Positions 59,708 through 64,000 of a stretch of DNA of 64,000 nt are shown here, in pieces. The notes below the pieces were generated by a model, which was not told the DNA's origin, did not search any database, and saw nothing but the letters and a program-made list of their open reading frames with translations. The first letter of the stretch is position 1; the number at the start of each line of letters is the position of its first letter. Origin of the DNA: Hormiphora californensis (taxonomy: Eukaryota; Animalia; Ctenophora); NCBI GenBank assembly GCA_020137815.1, contig CM035352.1, positions 1 through 64,000 of the forward strand, written 5' to 3'. The position numbers and the translations under genes were made by a program.

Positions 59708-61622
59708 AGTTTTGTTACTGAGGTAGGAAGTTCATGTTGGGATTTTAATTAGTACTGCAGATAGTGCGTGACCTACATCGCAGATATTTCTATCTCTTTG
59801 CAGAGAGAGCGAGAGAGAAAGAGAGATCAGAATTCGAGAGAATGGGACTGGAAAATGCTAGACGGGGATGGTTGAAACTCAGTGGAGTGAGAGTAGGGAT
59901 TAAAAAATATCGGAGGTTTATTTTAGATCTAGATCTTGAAATTGTTATTCAACCAGATAGTATTTACTCAACAATTAGTATCTGTATGCCTGCAGGAGCA
60001 GCGTACCTGCAAAGCAGTATCGGGGGAGTAGTTTTGCTACTGAGGTAGGAAGTTCATGTTGGAATTTTAATTAGTACTGCAGATAGTGCGTGACCTACAT
60101 CGCAGATATTTCTATCTCTTTGCAGAGAGAGCGAGAGAGAAAGAGAGATCAGAATTCGAGAGAATGGGACTGGAAAATGCTAGACGGGGATGGTTGAAAC
60201 TCAGTGGAGTGAGAGTAGGGATTAAAAAATATCGGAGGTTTATTTTAGATCTAGATCTTGAAATTGTTATTCAACCAGATAGTATTTACTCAACAATTAG
60301 TATCTGTATGCCTGCAGGAGCAGCGTACCTGCAAAGCAGTATCGGGGGAGTAGTTTTGCTACTGAGGTAGGAAGTTCATGTTGGGATTTTAATTAGTACT
60401 GCAGATAGTGCGTGACCTACATCGCAGATATTTCTATCTCTTTGCAGAGACAGCGAGAGAGAAAGAGAGATCAGAATTCGAGAGAATGGGACTGGAAAAT
60501 GCTAGACGGGGATGGTTGAAACTCAGTGGAGTGAGAGTAGGGATTAAAAAATATCGGAGGTTTATTTTAGATCTAGATCTTGAAATTGTTATTCAACCAG
60601 ATAGTATTTACTCAACAATTAAAGTCGAATTTTTTATTTAAGCGACAGGCCGCCGCGCATTCAAAGAGGTCGCGCGGCGTTGTATTTGCGCGTGATAATC
60701 GAGATCGAGTTCCTGGCAATCTTAAGACTTGAACCCGGAAGCGTTGGAAAGATAATTTCAAGACCTTTCCAACGCAACCAAGATCAATTCTTTATCTTAT
60801 CAGGAACTGGAGATATGAGCGAAAAGGTTTCTCGAATTGTCACGCGCAAATACAACGCCGCGCGACTTCTTTGAATGCGCGGCGGCCTGTCGCTTAAATA
60901 AAAAATTCGACTTTAGTATCTGTATGCCTGCAGGAGCAGCGTACCTGCAAAGCAGTATCGGGGGAGTAGTTTTGCTACTGAGGTAGGAAGTTCATGTTGG
61001 GATTTTAATTAGTACTGCAGATAGTGCGTGACCTACATCGCAGATATTTCTATCTCTTTGCAGAGAGAGCGAGAGAGAAAGAGAGATCAGAATTCGAGAG
61101 AATGGGACTGGAAAATGCTAGACGGGGATGGTTGAAACTCAGTGGAGTGAGAGTAGGGATTAAAAAATATCGGAGGTTTATTTTAGATCTAGATCTTGAA
61201 ATTGTTATTCAACCAGATAGTATTTACTCAACAATTAGTATCTGTATGCCTGCAGGAGCAGCGTACCTGCAAAGCAGTATCGGGGGAGTAGTTTTGCTAC
61301 TGAGGTAGGAAGTTCATGTTGGGATTTTAATCAGTACTGCAGATAGTGCGTGACCTACATCGCAGATATTTCTATCTCTTTGCAGAGAGAGCGAGAGAGA
61401 AAGAGAGATCAGAATTCGAGAGAATGGGACTGGAAAATGCTAGACGGGGATGGTTGAAACTCAGTGGAGTGAGAGTAGGGATTAAAAAATATCGGAGGTT
61501 TATTTTAGATCTAGATCTTGAAATTGTTATTCAACCAGATAGTATTTACTCAACAATTAGTATCTGTATGCCTGCAGGAGCAGCGTACCTGCAAAGCAGT
61601 ATCGGGGGAGTAGTTTTGCTAC
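59708..61622. repeat. Five near-identical 322-bp tandem monomers (partial extra copy at ~58519-58660)
   Basis: Repeated ORF starts at 59764, 60086, 60408, 61024, 61346 (period 322; 616 = 322 + 294 insertion). Confidence 0.95.
60622..60913. mobile_element. 292-bp MITE inserted in monomer 3
   Basis: AAGTCGAATTTTTTATTTAAGCGACAGG TIRs; TA duplication relative to the empty monomers. Confidence 0.92.
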
Positions 61623-62391
61623 TCGATTTTGACCTGTTTTGACCAGAAATTGGTAAATTCAGGTGCTAAAAATCTGTACGGCCACTACACTTGATAAATT
61701 TTGATGTTAGCCGGAATTTAAGCTCTCTATCTTAAAATTCATTTTTCCGACTGGAATGAATTCTGAATGAACTTGAAAACAGGAATGCTTTTTGGAAACC
61801 GGAATTTCACAGTTGCCTTCGGGTATCGATTTCCTTTAAAACGCGACTAATTTGAGCTCAATTGGACCACCACAAGAGACACAGTGTCTAGTTATCTAAC
61901 TCTAGGTTTGGTTATCTGACACCTAATGAGACGATAGCATCATTACTAAGTGCCAATAAGCAGGTGTAACGGACGAGTATCACGTATCACGTCTGCTAAT
62001 GAGGATGGTGTACCGATACAGCATCCGTTAAAATGTAAGCTCTCTTGCTAACACGTCATAATTTGATGGGGATCACATGACTTACCCTAGGCTTAGAAAA
62101 TGGATTACTGTGATTCTTTTGGTGATCCAATTAAGCTCAAACTGGTCCCATTCGAAAGGAAATCGATAGCCAAACAAATTTGTGAAACTTTGGTACCGAA
62201 ATATGGTCCCATATTGGTGTTCATTCAATGTTCATTCGGTCGAAAAAAATGAACTTTTATCCAGAGGGCTGAAACTTCGGATTCTTCGAATGAGTACCCA
62301 TGCAGACATTGTGTCAAAATATCCGAGTGATTGAAATTAAACTTCTGGGTGAAAAGAAAGCCAACGTACCCTCCCTTTAATTTGGGCCACG

Positions 62392-63172
62392 CGATAACTA
62401 CATCGACCCCTCCCATTGTTCCAGTTTTTGTTACATCTGTTTGGAGCCTCGAAACGACCTCTAAACAGATTTTACTTTTTCACAAACTTTTTTCATCATG
62501 GTGTAATCAGCATTTGAAATGTTGCTGATCATAACAAAAGCCGAACTATTTTTTAACTTGGGGTAAAACCATGGGTGTCAAAAGTTAGCTCTAGGTCTCC
62601 TGAGTAACCATCTGGAGACTCTAAGAGATATTTCAAGCCGTTCTCCTGTAATCATTAATCCCGGTGGAGACAATAAATACAATATGGACGTACGTGAGCG
62701 CTGGCAGGCTTTTACATGTTATTGTATGTCTCTCACTCTCTCTGGAAAAACCGCACGTGCGGTTGCGCCGCGCGAGATAACTCTTTCTCAAGGCGGAGAA
62801 AATAGAGACGCACATTAACGTTATGCATTAAAGTTGAGGTTGTAGGCAATTGCACGTACGTCCATACTCAAATATGTGCTCTACCGGGATTAATGATCAC
62901 GGGAGAACGGCTTGAAATATCTCTTAGAGTCTCCAGATGGTTACTCAGGAGACCTAGAGCTAACTTTTGACACCCATGGTTTTACCCCACGTTTAAAGAA
63001 AATAGTTCGGTTTTTGTTATGATCAGCAACATTTCAAATGCTGATTACACCATGTATGGTGAAAACAGTTTGTGAAAAAGTAACACCTGTTTAGAGGTCG
63101 AGTCGAGGCACCAAACAGATGTAACAAAAACTGGAACAATTGGGAGGGGTCGATGTAGTTATCGACTCTACT
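62392..63172. mobile_element. TAGTAGAGTCGATAAC fold-back MITE (copy 2, left tip lost)
   Basis: Similar to 9001-9792; fused to the preceding MITE through a CG microhomology. Confidence 0.85.
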
Positions 63173-63284
63173 ATGGTGCCAAGGTAGCTCAAATCATAGG
63201 GCAACCTTTCCGGCCTAGTAATTTCAATTAGTTTTGGTATAATTTGCATAATTTTTGGGTTTTTTTTATATCCATTTAGATATA

Positions 63285-63715
63285 CAGTCGGACCCCGATT
63301 TAGTGGCATCCTCGGGGGAACAAAATCCTGCCACTAAATCGGGGTGCCACTAAATCGGGGTGAGCCATATTTGGCCCATAAAAACCTATTTTATGCCCAA
63401 AATGCTATACTAAGACTAAAGACACCTCTAACTGTTATATGCAATATTCATGTATTGATGATATGATCATTTCTGATTAGAAATATTATAGAAAACTATA
63501 AAATAAATTTTCAAAAAAATTGTGAAAAATTTTCTAAGTTATACCAGCCCGTCCGATTTGTGTTTCGAATCGGTGCAGCTTCCTGGATGTCCTGTCTAAT
63601 TAGCGGGTTCGAAACGAACCGATACGTGATACCATGCCGAATCGGGGCACTCTAAGCGGGTGAAAATGTATCAAAATTTCAAAATAACTTTTTCTCTCAA
63701 AATTTATGGGGAGCC
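63285..63715. mobile_element. pogo-like MITE, left part, interrupted by another element running off the window
   Basis: TA|CAGTCGGACCCCGATTTAGTGGC. Confidence 0.75.
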
Positions 63716-64000
63716 GGGGGGGGGGTTCAGGATAAATGGTTCGGACGTATATGCCACTTAAGGGGGTGGGTGTTTTTTCAAACTTGCCACTTAGTGTTTT
63801 TCGCTAAATGGTCATTTTTTGGCCAGATTTGGTCAATTTTCGGCCAAATTTGGTCAATTTTCGGTAAAAATTGGGATTCTTCGAGGTGGACCTGAAAAAT
63901 TTTCAATTTTCAAAATTCAAATTTCAATTTTCTCACGCGCGAAAATTTTTTCTGGAAATTTTTTGGTTTTGGTCCCAGAAAACAGCCTAAATTTTGCCAT

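Larger units (their letters stand above)
57829..61622 (-). mobile_element. 3.8-kb non-coding retroposon with (ATAG)n tail and 5' tandem monomers
   Basis: 15-bp TSD TCGATTTTGACCTGT (57814-57828 / 61623-61637); (CTAT)n at 57829-57847; hairpin GGGCTTGCC-AAC-GGCAAGCCC next to the tail. Confidence 0.85.
57477..62393. mobile_element. CCGCGTGGCCCAAA-TIR MITE (relative of 18391-19498), split by a retroposon
   Basis: TA|CCGCGTGGCCCAAATTAAAGGGAGGG ... CCCTCCCTTTAATTTGGGCCACGCG. Confidence 0.8.
57338..63244. mobile_element. Outer TIR element enclosing nested insertions
   Basis: ~72-bp inverted ends AATTATACCAAAACTAATTGAAATT...CACCATA / TATGGTG...TTGGTATAATT. Confidence 0.55.

Noticed and set aside
59764-61642. 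Repeated 94-aa ORF as a gene array, or a CRISPR-like array
   Set aside because: GTG start, no recognisable domain, monomers identical with no unique spacers; eukaryotic context.

Overview
Eukaryotic, almost entirely transposon-derived window with no recognisable host gene. It is probably from a ctenophore, inferred from a 41-nt motif that I recall as the Pleurobrachia-type spliced leader (SL); this needs a database check. Coding elements: an intact full-length CR1/L2-group LINE (895-5262), an intron-containing hAT transposase, a 6.3-kb Merlin (IS1595/ISXO2-type) transposon with two cargo genes, a second CR1/L2 LINE with an SGNH-esterase ORF1 split by three insertions, a 5'-truncated RT-RNase H LINE, and R1-like APE and Penelope GIY-YIG remnants. 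Non-coding elements: about 20 nested MITEs (many with clean TSDs), a large inverted duplication (27.8-31.6 kb vs 34.7-54.3 kb), a 3.8-kb retroposon with 322-bp tandem monomers, and a degraded purine-rich satellite (21.5-27.1 kb). The most striking signal is that the same SL-like 41-mer marks the apparent 5' end of the intact LINE (896-936) and also forms the loop of a TSD-flanked snap-back retroposon carrying a hammerhead-like motif (33657-33944; second copy 41857-41964). This suggests retroelements that use SL trans-splicing to define and regenerate their 5' ends.
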